DNA of 64,000 nt. Source: Octopus vulgaris. Lineage: Eukaryota. The notes beneath the pieces are model-generated. The model searched no databases and was not told the origin of the DNA. It saw only the letters and a list, made by a program, of their open reading frames with translations. The position numbers were made by a program, and so were the translations under genes. This document shows positions 32,320-46,296 of the stretch, piece by piece. The first letter of the stretch is position 1. Each line of letters opens with the position of its first letter. The stretch spans positions 49,538,001-49,602,000 of the forward strand of contig OX597820.1 of NCBI GenBank assembly GCA_951406725.2, written 5' to 3'.

Positions 32320-33110
32320 TTGGGGCTGGCAAAATCTTTAGCACGCTGGACAAAATGCTATGCGGCATTTCGTCCGTCTTTACATTCTGAGTTCAAATTC
32401 CACCGAATCAACTTTGCTTTTCATCCTTCCGGGGTCGATAAAATAGTCCCCTTCCTGGCAATTGGAGGCCTTGTACCAATATTTGAAATTAATATATTCT
32501 ACAAGGTGGTGAGTTGGCAGAGTTGTTTGCACGGCCGGCAAAATACTTAGCTGCATTTCATCCGCTTTATGCTCTGAGTTTAAATTCCGCCGAGGTCGAC
32601 GTTGCCTTTCATCATTTCGGAGTCGATAAAATAAGTACCGGTTGAACATTGGGGTCTATACAATCGACTTATCCCCCTCTCCCGGAATTGCTGGCCTTGT
32701 GCCAATGTTTGAAACATATATATTCTACAAGTCTCTACTGTAAGTAAAGCAAATGAAGGATGCACGATTTTTCTAAGTCCTTGCATCTTAATATCTACTG
32801 ATGTTGATATTATTCATTGCACTCTAATGACTAAGTATTATTTAGTAGAAATCGCAATTTACTTTTGTAAAACCAAATCAAACAATTAAGGAAAAACACG
32901 GTCAAACATATATACATTCATATACTTTTCTACTCTAGGAACAAGGGCCAAAATTTTGGGGGAGGGGGGCAGTCCATTAGACCGAACCCAGTATGCAACT
33001 GATACTTAATTTTTCGATCCCGAAATGATGAAAGGCAAAATCGACCACGGCGGAATTTAAACTCAGAACGTAAAAGCAGACGTGCTAACAATTCAGCCAG
33101 CTCGCCGCCT
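32320..33110. mobile_element. Cluster of three SINE family B copies (32320-32490 +, 32503-32715 +, 32925-33110 -)
   Basis: Family B motifs in each copy. Confidence 0.8.
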
Positions 33111-34284
33111 TATATATACGTATATAAGCAGACAAGTATACATAAATGCTTTCTCAAAGACACACACCAAATCCAATCAATTGGTTGTACTGTGAAGATT
33201 TTACAAAGTATGCCAAAGATTTGATAATAATATGTAGAAGACACTGAAAGACATTGTAGATAAACAAAGAAATGGAAAGGGACTGTGAAAACTATGCAAA
33301 TCAAAAGCTTGAGTATATTTCCTCTTTCTCACAATATTTTTGAAAATGAACTCAACGCACATTAATAAAAGTCTATAAATATATCATGTTTACATTTGTT
33401 ATTACATTTTCATGATCAACATCACGTCAGATTTTTCAGAAAGTGCACCAGTCCTTGCACTAACGCGTTTAATTTTTTTTACTGCAAATTACTTACCTTA
33501 TATTACTTGCGTATGAGAGACCCTTCTGTTTGGTAGTATACTATATCTTCGTTAAAAAACATCAACTGATTTTTCCTGATCCCAGATTTTTTTTTGTATG
33601 GTGCATTATTGGAAATATAAATGTTGTTTAGTTTATTTACTGACAATTTCAAAAGATTTTATTGAAAATGTATTAAATGCATTAATGTGGCGTAAAATAC
33701 TGTCTTTCTAAATAACTCTTACCTCATAAATTCGTCTAACTCACCTGGGATCAAGAACTGACTTTTTAAGAGTGTTGTAAAAGGAACGACATCTATATTT
33801 CATGGACAAGTATTGTTTGATCAATGTAATTTGACGGAGATATATGTGCCGTGTAGGAATTCCGATTTACAAATTACTTTTTAACTTCAAAAAATCCGGT
33901 GCACATGAGTCATTAAATTCAGCTCTAATATTATGAATAAAGAAAAATGTTAAAATACATTATAAAAGTTATTCCTGCTTATTTCAGTGACTTCATTCAT
34001 GTTTTAAATGACAACGCAGAAGATTCAGTAAGTAGAAATATTTCCAAAGAAGGGGAGACAAATAAAAGATCGCCAAATGTTAAGATTGGCGCCAAACCAA
34101 TGTATTGAATATCACTTTTTTTCTTAAATTATGTTTTGTAAATATTAATTGAAATGCCTTTTAGAATTTACCGCTTCATTGAAAAATAAAACGTATCCCA
34201 ATCACAAGCGGGATCGTTTAAACGCGGCTGACAGCTATTCATTTTAGCATGACTAACAAGAACAAATATATAAACAAAGTCTAA

Positions 34285-34950
34285 ATCTACGTATGTGTGG
34301 TTGGAATATGAGTATATGTTGTCGGAATAAGAAATGATTTTTTCCTTTGGAAGAACGGCGAATTACCCCCCGTTCCAACAGATACTAACATCTAAAATAT
34401 AGACATTACTGCTCTTTCAGAGACAAAATAACTTGCGGTAATTTAGAAAAATGAAATAGTTTGCGATTATAATTTCTGCTGGCGTGGCAAACAAGCATAT
34501 GGAAAATGAGAGAACAATTGGTTTTGCGATAAGGAAAAATCTAATTGGTAAACTGAATGAGTGGAAATCTGATCCCAGCGACTGTATTATTAAATTCCAG
34601 TTTGCAGTTTTTGAAGATTTCGTGTTGCTTATATATCAACGTTAACTTCCCGAAATAATTTTCATCTGGCTTGAGTGTAGGAAGCCCCGTTCTTGCAACT
34701 ACAATCGGCAATATACCGATTGTTTTGTAAATTTAATGCTAGGGTACGTTGTGATAGCAATGCATGTTTTATCTTAGGACTCTTTGGTATTAGTAAAAGG
34801 AATGATATTGGCGGTTATCTCCTGCAGCTGTTTTGAACTTGGTTTTGTATTTGCTAGCATAGTGTTCCATTAGAGACTTCAAAATACATTCGTTTGGTTG
34901 AATCGTTCTTCCAAATAAGGCAATCTTATTGACTAATATGTAAAACTAAC
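34285..34950 (+). mobile_element. Decayed RTE-like LINE apurinic endonuclease region
   Basis: Remnants GWN, NIDITALSETK, FCWRGK, IGFAIR and NFNARV in APE domain order. Confidence 0.6.
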
Positions 34951-35698
34951 GTGTGTGACCGAAGTGGAAGGCTATACGTTAAAGGGATCATTAAACGACT
35001 CACTATCCTATGGGAGAGCAAGCGGAAACTGCTGGCACAAACAGGAGAAATACTCGGCGTTGACCGAACGAATGCAGATTGTAGCCAAATTGCTGAATAA
35101 GAATCATCGTAACTGTGAATAAATCTCTAATTTTAACATAATATGTATGTTATTTGTAAAATAATATTTGTAAAATAACATACACAAAAATTATGTTATT
35201 TGTAAAGTAAAAATATTTTTTTACCTAAAATGTTGCTCGTAGTGTAAACGGAAATAGAATAATACCATTTCAGCAGCATCAAACAATGACATTCTACGTA
35301 TATTTCTATTTTTTGATATAATCAGAAAATTTATTTTAGATTTCCATGTTTCGAATATGGTGCATGACAGAAAAAGGACAAAATCTCAGTATTTTTTTCA
35401 AGATTTTCTCCTCTTCAAGTAATTCTAACTCAAAACCTTGTACCACAATCTTAAACCGTAACACTAACGATAAACTTCAATGGAAATTTATTGAAATAAC
35501 AGCAAAAATATATTGGTTAGAAGCTTAAACCTCAAAGAAAAATAAATTAAGAGAAAAAAGAACCTACATATATGTTTCATTCCTATCATGTAATTGATGG
35601 GAATTTCAAAGCATTTTGCTAAATACTAAGAAAGTTGGCATATTCCAACTATATGGTGGTAGGACATCGTCAGGTTTCGTATAGAGCTCATGCATTTT

Positions 35699-35757
<59 letters not shown>

Positions 35758-35799
35758 AAAATGTATTGTAAAAACAAACGAATGGTAATAATCGTATAA

Positions 35800-36625
35800 C
35801 GCATACTCAGTATAAAACTGTGCGGGAGACAGACACAGAAGGTCCCTAATTCTTCATCATTTATCAAGCAGGTGGTATTACTCAGTTTCGCACCATTAAT
35901 GATAAGTCTGAGAGCTTACGATGTTGGTGGTGCCCGCGAAAGTTGCGGAGAATTTAGGGCCGAGAGCAACAGTACAGAGTGGACAAACGAAAGTGAATAA
36001 ATGTAATTTAAGCTGATGGACAAAGATGAAATAAATAAGAAACGAGCAAAATATAGCCTCAGGGCCAAAAAGACAAGAATGGTGGGTAACACTTAGACGG
36101 CATCCTAAATGATTACAAAATAGCAAATAGCAAACAGTGGTACACAGAGAATTTAGGACCAGTCAGCTACGCAACAGGTGTGATAAAGGGAGAGAAAGAA
36201 AGAAAGGATGGCCACGTGTCATGTGTCAGCATCAGGCGGAGGAGAAAGAAGGTGAGAGAGAGAAGGAGAGGGAGAGCGACAGGGAGAAAAGAAGGGAAGG
36301 GATGAGTGGGGAAATATAAAGGCTCGAAATAGAAGTAAGAGGACAAGAGAAACAAAAACAAAAAAGAGAAAGAGAGAAGATTAAAAGCAGAGTCGCATGG
36401 ATATATGAAACTTACTGTTAATAAAAGCCGTGGTCCGTTGCGTTCCGTTACTTAATAAATGAAAGAAATGTATTGAAAATAAAGAAACGACAGGTAAATA
36501 ACGTATACTGAGGGTACCACGGAAGGGTGACAGACTCAGAAAGTCCCTAATTTTTCATCAGTTATCAACCAGATGATATTACTCAGCTTCGCACCATTAT
36601 TGATAAATAAGACTGAGAACTTTCC
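35800..36625. repeat. Diverged ~120-bp direct repeats (35800-35920, 36500-36625) bracketing a GA-rich body
   Basis: GTCCCTAATT.TTCATCA.TTATCAA.CAG.TG.TATTACTCAG.TTCGCACCATTA in both copies. Confidence 0.75.
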
Positions 36626-37049
36626 AAATAAAATAAGGCATAAATAATGGTCAATTCATATTGTTCTTTATTGTAGGGAATTTGACTTACATCTGTTTCC
36701 AGTACTCATTATAGGTTCATTATTGATACGTTTACTCAATCGGCCCATAGATAGGGTGAGAAAAAAATGAACGACCTAGAAAATTAATGCTACTTTCCTA
36801 AGAGTCACTTCCTAGTTATGGCCAAGCAGAAGACAGAAGGAATGGTACGGGCAGGAATAGGAGAGCAAAGAGAAGCAAGAAGTGTAAGTGGAAGGGTAAT
36901 AAACAGGAAAGAGGAAGATTTGGTAAAGAAGGACAGGGAAAGAAAGGAAGAGCAAGGAATAGAAAGAGTAGAAGAGATACATAACTGTGTATGTATGTAC
37001 GTATGTATGTATGTATGTATGTATGTATGAATGTATGTATGAACAGTAG

Positions 37050-37780
37050 TGATGCGCACTCTTAACCTTTCTCTCCCCATCCCTTTCTCAGCCTTCATTC
37101 TTTTGGCTTTCCTTTTCTTCTACCTTACTGTCTCTCCCTCTCTCTATCTCATTCTTCATTCTTTTCTCTACAACCATTCCCTTTTTTCTCTCCCTTTCTC
37201 TTATTCCTCCTCCTCCTCCTCCCTCCCGTCGTTGACCTGCGACAAGAACTCTGCTACTGTCTTTCTTCTCCTGGCTACCTTCAAGTAGAGACCTCACATC
37301 TGTTGCTCCCTCGCCGTTCTCAAAATATAGCGTTCGTAAAATTTTTTATCTCGTTCGGCTTAACTGCCCTTCTTGTTTGTGTTACTGTTATTCTCCTTGT
37401 CCTGTCTTTTACTGTTTATATTTTGTACTGTCGTTACTGTCCTGTTTTTGTTACCATTTTTACCTCTCTGCAAAAAAATCTCAAATTTTATTTAATTTGA
37501 TTTTCGCGGGAAGGATTGTTTCATTAAAGTCATGTATCGCCTTGACCTTCGAAACGTGGAGTAGATGAAACAAAGGCGACTGAAGAAGGGGAATTTTCCT
37601 TGTTTTGTATGTCCTGTACTCTATTTTTTCGTTGCTTAAGAAAAATGTCCATTTCCTTGGTTTTGTGTTTATGTTTTCTTTTCTCATTGTGTTCGACGTT
37701 TTTTTGGTGTCCTGTACCCATATATGCATGTATATATACATGTAGAGGTAGGTACGTACATATATGTATGCATATATGCA
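37050..37780 (+). mobile_element. Unclassified ~700-bp dispersed element (copy of 21530-22180)
   Basis: Colinear similarity to the reverse complement of 21530-22180. Confidence 0.75.
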
Positions 37781-37808
37781 TATGTTTTATTTATTTCTTA
37801 ATTTACTA

Positions 37809-37940
37809 CAGTAGTACCTCGGTTTTCGAACAACTCTGATCACGCAAAAATCATGCTCTCTCTATATATATATTGATATAGATGTTTATAAAGCACGATT
37901 TATTCGTGGTCAGAGTTGTTCGAACATCGAGGTACTACTG
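37809..37940. mobile_element. pogo/Tc1-like MITE
   Basis: Long TIRs CAGTAGTACCTCGGTTTTCGAACAACTCTGA / TCAGAGTTGTTCGAACATCGAGGTACTACTG; TA flanks. Confidence 0.85.
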
Positions 37941-38031
37941 TATATATGTATGTGTGTGTGTGTGTATGTGTATGAGAGAGAGAGAGAGAGAGAGAGAGAG
38001 TGAGTATGTCTGTGTGTTTGCGAACATACAT

Positions 38032-38085
<54 letters not shown>

Positions 38086-38144
38086 TTTTATGTCATATAT
38101 AAAAACAATATAATGTTAAACTGAATGATCTCAATATTTGGTTG

Positions 38145-38206
<62 letters not shown>

Positions 38207-38271
38207 TTTTAACAGAAAAAAGTTTACAATCACTTCCAAGTTTCAGCTTAGTGACCGTTATCGGACTGATA

Positions 38272-38500
38272 ATCTATATACATATATATAACTGAGAATG
38301 CGTGTCTGTCTGTGTGAATCCCGAAATGAGCTTTTATGTATTTTTGTAAATTTATATATTTATCTTCTATGTATTTTTCTCTGGAATTTTAATTCGTCTT
38401 TTTAATATGTCATTATATGTTTTATTACCCCACATTTTTAATTTAACAAATTTAGACCAAACTAGCACTATACCCGGCAACGCCGGGTCATAATGCTGGG
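38272..38500 (+). mobile_element. Non-autonomous Helitron-like element
   Basis: 5' TCTATATA...TGTCTGTCTG, 3' hairpin CCCGGCAACGCCGGG followed by a degenerate CTRR end. Confidence 0.45.
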
Positions 38501-38592
38501 AGCTAATAAAATTAGTTACTGGCAAATAAATTTTCTTTCTAAATATTAACACATGAGTGTGTGTGTGTATGTATATATAATTGTGTGTGTAC

Positions 38593-38648
<56 letters not shown>

Positions 38649-39423
38649 TGTAGGTGTGTATGTGTGTGTGTGTGTGTATTTCAGAGAGATAGAGAGGTAG
38701 GGTGGAAAGTACTATTATGAACTATGTTATGCTTCTTTCCCCATAAATACCAAAGTGGAATATTTCTTTCTTAAAGGATATTAAAGAACGAAACCAAAAT
38801 TTCAGAAAGAAAATTATCGCTGTACAAGAAAACCGAACCTGCGTACTGCCACCACCGCCAGCACCACCACCACCACCACCACCACCACCACCAGTAGCAG
38901 CAGAAGCGGTAACGCATCCCTTTCCAACACCACCAGCACCACCACCACCACAATTATCTCGCCCCATCTACCGACACCAACGCCACCACTTCTTCATAAA
39001 TGCTTTTCCCTTTCAGACTCCTTCTCACAGACTCTCTCTCCCAACTCGTACCAGCAATGCCACTCTTGCAGCAGTAGTAGGTTCGACCTTTTTATTCTTC
39101 TCTTTCCAAGACATTGTTGTCGCTATGAAGGGGAAAGAAACAATTATATACTGTGTGGGTGGTGGGTGGGGGGGCTAGAGAGTGAGTGTGTGTGTGTGCG
39201 TGCGCGTGTGTGTTAGAAAGAGTAAGAACGAAATGGAGTGAGAGAGAGAGAGAGAGAGAAGAGAAAAGAAAGAGTGCGTGTGTGTTTGAGCGCGCGTTGC
39301 TTGAATGTACAAGTGTGTGTCCCTGTATGTGTGCGTAGGCTAGAGTGCGTGTGCATCAATTTGCATGTGTATATATCTACGTACATGTAGTATTTATGTG
39401 TATGTAAATGTGTGTGTGTTTAC

Positions 39424-39459
<36 letters not shown>

Positions 39460-39592
39460 GTACATACATATGTGTGTATGTATGATATGCAAGCATAGAT
39501 TTGTGTGTGTATGTATACGTATATGTGTATACATACACATATATGCATATGCATGTGTGAATGCATGATATGCACGTGTATACAAATGCACG

Positions 39593-39633
<41 letters not shown>

Positions 39634-39791
39634 ATTTATTATATATAAGTATATTTATATATGTGTGTGCGCGCATGTGCATTTGCGTATTTATATATAA
39701 GCATTTTTTTGTGCACGCATGTATGCATATGTGCTGGTGTGTGTCTCGTACTTTCCATTGCCTGATTACCTCAGGCGCAACATAGCAGCAA

Positions 39792-39842
<51 letters not shown>

Positions 39843-40701
39843 ATGCAATGTAATAGCTGCAAGAATCTAGGTCTGACGTACTGACTTAACCCTTCCCTCC
39901 TACTTTTAACATCACTTTAATATATCTTTTTACCTTAATTCATCTCTCTCTGTTTTCTCCCCCTATCCCTCTTCTCCCATCTATCTATCTATCTATCTAT
40001 CTATCTACGTTTCCTTCATTCTTCCTCACTATCTCACGGTTCTTCTAATTCCATTACATTCTCATATGATCACACATCCATAAACATACATTGCCACACA
40101 CACAAACATCGTCGTGTGTAAATGTGCAACACCATATACTCACGCATACGCACTTAATCTTGCACATCCTTGCACACAAATGCACATGCGCTGCTACGTA
40201 AACACAGTAACGTTATCAAACGCATTCCAACACTCATACACAACGCAAAAACATATACATATACATTTATATTTATATATTCTCGCAGGTAAACAGATGT
40301 GAACGCCTACATCCACATACAGATATAACTGACATGTAGTAACGCTCATTTCCCAATATTTATATACGTGTGTGTGTAAGGAAGCACGTGCGTGTACCTG
40401 CATGTATGTGTGTATGTGTGTGTGTGTGAGCGTGTGTGTGTGTGAGCGTGTGTGTGTGTGTGTGTGAGCGTGTGTGTGTGTGTGAGCGTGTGTGTGTGTG
40501 TGAGCGTGTGTGTGTGTGTGAGCGTGTGTGTGTGTGTGTGTGTGAATTTATATAAATATATACAAGCATAAACATACGGGCAGAGATATGCTCATGCATA
40601 CACAAACATATATACACACACATTTCTGCGAATATATATTTGTGTGTGTGTATATATATATATATATACACATATACTTATATATATATATATACACATA
40701 T

Positions 40702-40802
<101 letters not shown>

Positions 40803-40990
40803 ATAGATTATATACGAATGTATTTATACACACACACACAAACATTTATATATTATACACATACGTCTATAGAAGCTTATGCGTATATATATATGTAAAT
40901 ATATATATATATATATATATTTGCATTTGTATTTCGTTTTTGTATTTGGTTTGCAAGATTCTTTATGAGAATTCGTGTGTACATATATAC

Positions 40991-41025
<35 letters not shown>

Positions 41026-41139
41026 TATATACACACACACACATATATATATCAACGAGGTTGTACTTTCTTTGTTACTACGAGAAGTAATATACAGTAT
41101 AATATACGTTATGCTAAAAAGCGGACCTTGTCCAGTATA

Positions 41140-42476
41140 TGTGCTGGAGGTCACGAACCATGTAAAAAGCTGTAATGTCGAGTGTAGTCAGATCCTATTG
41201 ACCAGTTTCCTTCTGTCTCCCGTTTCTTCCATGATTTCTCCACCACACCTTTTCACAAGGTTTGCAGCCTCCAGCGCATATGCTCGACAAGGTTTCTTTT
41301 TTTTTTTATATATATATTTGCTCCCTATTTGATACCGTATTCACGGATGAAATACAAATGCGTCCGTTCCTCATCAACAGCAACCCTCAAATTTAAGTCT
41401 GCCTTGTTTTGATGGTTTCTGTTAGAAATGATATATTTCCACATACGTTGCTCTAAAGAAAAGTTTTAAAACTATCAACGTTTTGGTACATATCTCAATA
41501 ATCTATTCCGATCACTGTTATATTACCGTTATATCAAGTTTTCAGATTCGCATATAAGTATGCTTTCTGCAGCGTCTATAGAAATCTGCATTTTGAGGCC
41601 ATAAATATATATAGTTCATATATTAAGGAGGTCTTGTTCATTGCTGACCATGCTAATTCAACTTTTGTTTCAACGCTTCTCTTTGTGATTTTCAACTAAG
41701 AGCCTAGATAATTGAATTTATTAACAACATTTCAAGTTTTCACTCTTTCATTATATAATAAGCTCTTTTGGTTGACTGAAATCCACAAACTCTGTCTAAA
41801 ATCTCAATGACATGCAGCCCGATCTGTTTTGCAACCTTCACAACTCGTTGAAGCTGTAGTTGAGGTATATCTGCAGCATATAATTTTTATCAGTGATGAT
41901 AGTTGCAGAATGACGCCTGCAACTATTTTCACTGGTAAAAACTGTTCCTTCTGCATTTGATGCTGTAATTCGTAATGAATATTCCAATGTCACAAGGAAA
42001 GGAAAGGTTGTAAGCAAGTCACCTTGTAGTACTCCTGACAGAATCTCAAAACATCTGAATCACTATGTTTCAAGTGATAAAACTTGAGTCACATTATCGT
42101 TGAGAAAACGTTGCTTTCCTTTAAGATGCATCGAAATGTTATAATAAAGCCTACAACTTATATAACTGCATTTAGCGTCTGATCTTCGATACTCTCTGTA
42201 AGCCTTTGTGTATGCAAAAATGTGCGATAATGTAGATCTATCTGGAAGGAAACGCTTTTGGTTGATATATGGAGTAAAGTAACATTTAGCTGTAGAATTC
42301 AACTGCAATAAGTGATCAACAAATGCCCCAGTATTGTTTAAAATATTCAGCATATATTTTCTTTGGGATTTGCACTAGACCATATTTTATCCAATTAACA
42401 GCTTTGACTTTATGTAAGGGTTTATTACACTCTTCAAATAATGGATCCAAGAGTGCTCCTGTTTTCCATACTTCCG

Positions 42477-42480
<4 letters not shown>
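41140..42480 (-). mobile_element. Decayed non-LTR retrotransposon RT (RTE-like)
   Basis: Minus-strand SGVLQGDLLTTFPFLVTLEY (~41975-42040) and RRHSATIITD preceding the expected YADD position. Confidence 0.7.
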
Positions 42481-42505
<25 letters not shown>

Positions 42506-42511
<6 letters not shown>

Positions 42512-42583
42512 ATCCAAACAAGGAAACACAAAAAACACAACGCGAGGACGTGGAACAAATATAGTATTATTGGACGCTCAGGA
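42506..42583 (-). mobile_element. 3' terminal fragment of the 14501-14710 HHR element, inserted in (TA)n
   Basis: Reverse complement of 14629-14710 (TTCCTGAGCGTCCAATAATACT...GGATTAACTATA). Confidence 0.85.
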
Positions 42584-42975
<392 letters not shown>

Positions 42976-43012
42976 TTAGATATATATATCATATATTATA
43001 TATATATATATA

Positions 43013-43655
43013 TAAGGTATACTAGCCATCTCAATATGGCTAACCACTAAGGGTGGGTGTTACTGTAGCTTGTAGCCCCAGAAGAACATCGTCCCCAGCT
43101 GGCTTTAGGCACACTTTCTGTGCCCTATGGTATTTGCAAAGGGAGGTCATCCCTCCCTCGTCAACCTAAGTGATACGCACGGACTGCAGTTTCTAGGTAT
43201 TTGCCTGTCTTCAGCGTACGGCAATCACCTTTTCGATGAAGGAGTCCCAATGCAAATCCTTATATATCGTTTTTCCAGTAACTATTCGTCACTGATCTCG
43301 AAAAACTGTATGCAAGATTTTTCGAGATCAGTGACGAAAAGTTACTGGAAAAACGATATATAAGGATTTGCATTGGGACTCCCTTCATCGAAAACCGGTG
43401 ATTGTCGTACGCTGAAGACAGGCAAATACCTAGAAACTGCAGTCCGTGCGTATCACTTAGGTTGACGAGGGAGGGATGACCTCTCTTTGCAAATACCATA
43501 GGGCACAGAAAGTGTGCCTAAAGCCAGCTGGGGACGATGTTCTTCTGGGGCTACAAGCTACAGTAACACCCACCCTTAGTGGTTAGCCATATTGAGATGG
43601 CTAGTATACCTTACATTGTCGTGCAGTTACTATTTACATCTCGTTCAGAGATTTA
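43013..43655. mobile_element. Fold-back element in (TA)n: ~295-bp inverted arms (43013-43305 / 43318-43613), each with an HHR
   Basis: 12-nt spacer CTGTATGCAAGA; mirror ORFs 43127+ and 43499- in the track confirm the symmetry. Confidence 0.9.
43406..43450 (+). ncRNA. Minimal type I hammerhead ribozyme (mirror copy 43176-43220 on minus)
   Basis: CGUACG-CUGAAGA-CAGG(CAAAUA)CCUA-GAAA-CUGCAG-UC-CGUGCG: 6-bp stem I, palindromic stem III ACUGCAGU, GUC triplet; 10.1-11.1 pair is a C-A mismatch. Confidence 0.8.
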
Positions 43656-43661
43656 TTATTG

Positions 43662-43723
<62 letters not shown>

Positions 43724-44959
43724 CATATATGCATGTATGTAAGTATGTATAAATACGAAGACATATATGCATAGAGATACAAATTCACACACGCATACAC
43801 AGACACATACAATTATACATGTATACACAGAATGTAAATGTATTCAAGTTTGTGAATATGCGTATGCGATTAGTAGTCGGGGACTTATTATTTCTACTAA
43901 GTTACTTTCATATAAACGGAGCACTTAATTATGACACCTAGTTGCTGTTTTCAATGAACGAGCGAACGTGACCCAGACGGTGTTGGACGAACCAATAAAC
44001 TCGGTGATGGTGGCTGATCTATTTGACTCCCTTGCTGAACAAGAGCTGGTCTATTATCGCATAAAAGAAAATAGCGCCGTCAGAATAAGTGTAGGAGACT
44101 ATAAACTGCTTTCGAAGAAGCTTAAGTAAAGTCACTCGACTTGCTAGAAATGGGTGCTAAATCTCCTTAAAACTCCAACTCTACTTTCTTCAAATAATGC
44201 ACATTATATGATATAGTCAGCAGTAAAATACCTGCAAAATATGATATGTAATGATACGGAAACTTGTAAGCGGGAATGAAATTTAGCATCGAAAACCAAC
44301 TTTCATTCTCATAATCCCAGCGATATTGACTGATGCTTTCAAAGATGGTGATACTGGAATTGAAATCAGGTGTCATATTATTGCACTATTTTAGAACCGA
44401 GGAAGCTTTATATTTAAACAATTGTAATGATAGGCATCTGCAGAGCCGTCTTGCTAAGTGATCGCAGCCCTCTCAACACTGATTCAAGGTGTGATAAAAA
44501 GCGCAACGTTGAGTGATTTTTCAGAGTACAACAAAATGTACTGCCAGAGTCACGGAAATCTGACAGCCACCAAATTACAACCAATAGACTGAGTCCATCC
44601 CCAAAGTCTTATATCATTGTTGTATATTCTATCACAGATTGTCACTATCAATGATCAGGTGAGCGTTGGAATCCCAGAGACTTGACTTTTAGCAGGTTGC
44701 ATTCTAAAATAGCGATTCTCAACCGGTGCGTTGCAATGCATCTTTGAGTGCGATACAGTGCTTTTTAAATATATATAATTTATGCCATTAAAATATCCAT
44801 ACAGATGCTTGATGCTCTTAAAAGGTGAGTGGTTCTTAGTTTTATTATACAAACGTAATGATTGTAAAAACGATATAAATAAAAATTTACACACTTTTTT
44901 TGTCTTGATTTTAATATTAAAGCATTTTTAAAAAATTCTTCATGAGAAGTTCACTCTGT

Positions 44960-45357
44960 TACTTTTACTCTTTTACTTGTTTCAGTCATTTGAGTGTGGC
45001 CATGCTGGAGTACCGCCTTTAGTCGAGCAAATCGACCCCAGGACTTATTCTTTCTAAGCCTAGTACTTATTCTATCGGTTTCTTTTGCCGAACCACTAAG
45101 TTACGGGACGTAAACACACCAGCATCGGTTGTCAAGCTATGTTGGGGGGACAAACACAGACACACAAACACACATATATACATACAAATATATACGACGG
45201 GCTTCTTTCAGTTTCCGTCTACCAAATCCACTCACAAGGCTTTGGTCGGCCCGAGGCTATAGTAGAAGACACTTGCCCAAGGTGCCACGCAGAAGGACTG
45301 AACCCGGAACCATATGGTTGGTAAGCAAGCTACTTACCACACAGCCACTCCTACGCC
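44960..45357 (-). mobile_element. Full-length SINE family A
   Basis: High similarity to 20778-21178. Confidence 0.9.
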
Positions 45358-45719
45358 AAATGATTTAAAACATATTACCGTATTTGATGGAATAAAAAAA
45401 CTCAAGAGCATATCAGAACACCTAAAATTTCACTAGTGCATATTCTAAAGGAAAGTGTTTAGTGTATTAAAGCACATAGTATAAGCACAACTTTGCATAG
45501 ATGGACAGGGATAATATTTTGATTAATGTTTTTATTTAGCAAAAACAGTAGAGTATCAACGCTAGTAGTTTTTGCTTGATCTCCGGTATAGCCCAAAGAC
45601 AAGAATATTGACAACTTCTACGAACAGAAGGTGGGCTACAAAGAGAAAGAGCTAAACGTTAGACTAATTGTACTCCAGAACCACAATAGTGAAAATTGGC
45701 CTTCTTTACAAACTTCAAA

Positions 45720-45915
45720 TGCGATAAACTGGCAGAATTGTTAGCTCGCTGGATAATTTACTTAGCGGCATTCCATTTGTCTTTACGTGCTAAGTTCAAA
45801 TTCCATCGAGGTCGACTTTGCCTTTCATCATTTCATAATTATCAGTCGAGCACTGGGGTCGATATAATTGAATGGCCCCTTCCGCCAAGATTTCAGGTCT
45901 TGTACCTATAGGATA
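45720..45915 (+). mobile_element. SINE family B (degenerate)
   Basis: AAGTTCAAATTCCATCGAGGTCGACTTTGCCTTTCATC. Confidence 0.75.
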
Positions 45916-46245
45916 AAGGATTATACTAACTTCCGTCCAAAAGACAATTTTCATTCAACCCAAGTTTAAAAAAATCTTCAGTATTAGATTACCGGAAAGG
46001 ATGTATTTTGATATGCTTATTGTGGAACACACCTTAATATCTTTTAAATCATACAGATGTAGTCCCAAGACATATGATAGAATAAGAGAAGTGTGAACAT
46101 TTGAGAGGGGGACAATTTAAGAAAGTGACTGAATGTATAATGCAACAGTAGAAAAAAATTAGTTTATAACAATGAGGAAGAGATGACAGAGGCAACTGAT
46201 GAATAAAAGAACGACAGCAATAATAAAGGCATGTCAGAAACAATG

Positions 46246-46296
<51 letters not shown>

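Noticed and set aside
37540-37620. Type II hammerhead (GAAAC...CUGAAGA) in the 700-bp family
   Set aside because: No valid UH cleavage site and only weak stem II pairing in either copy.
38722-38967. Gly-rich ORF over (CCA)n, and similar Thr/Ser-rich ORFs at 61.2-61.6 kb
   Set aside because: Trinucleotide low-complexity sequence with no domain or exon evidence.
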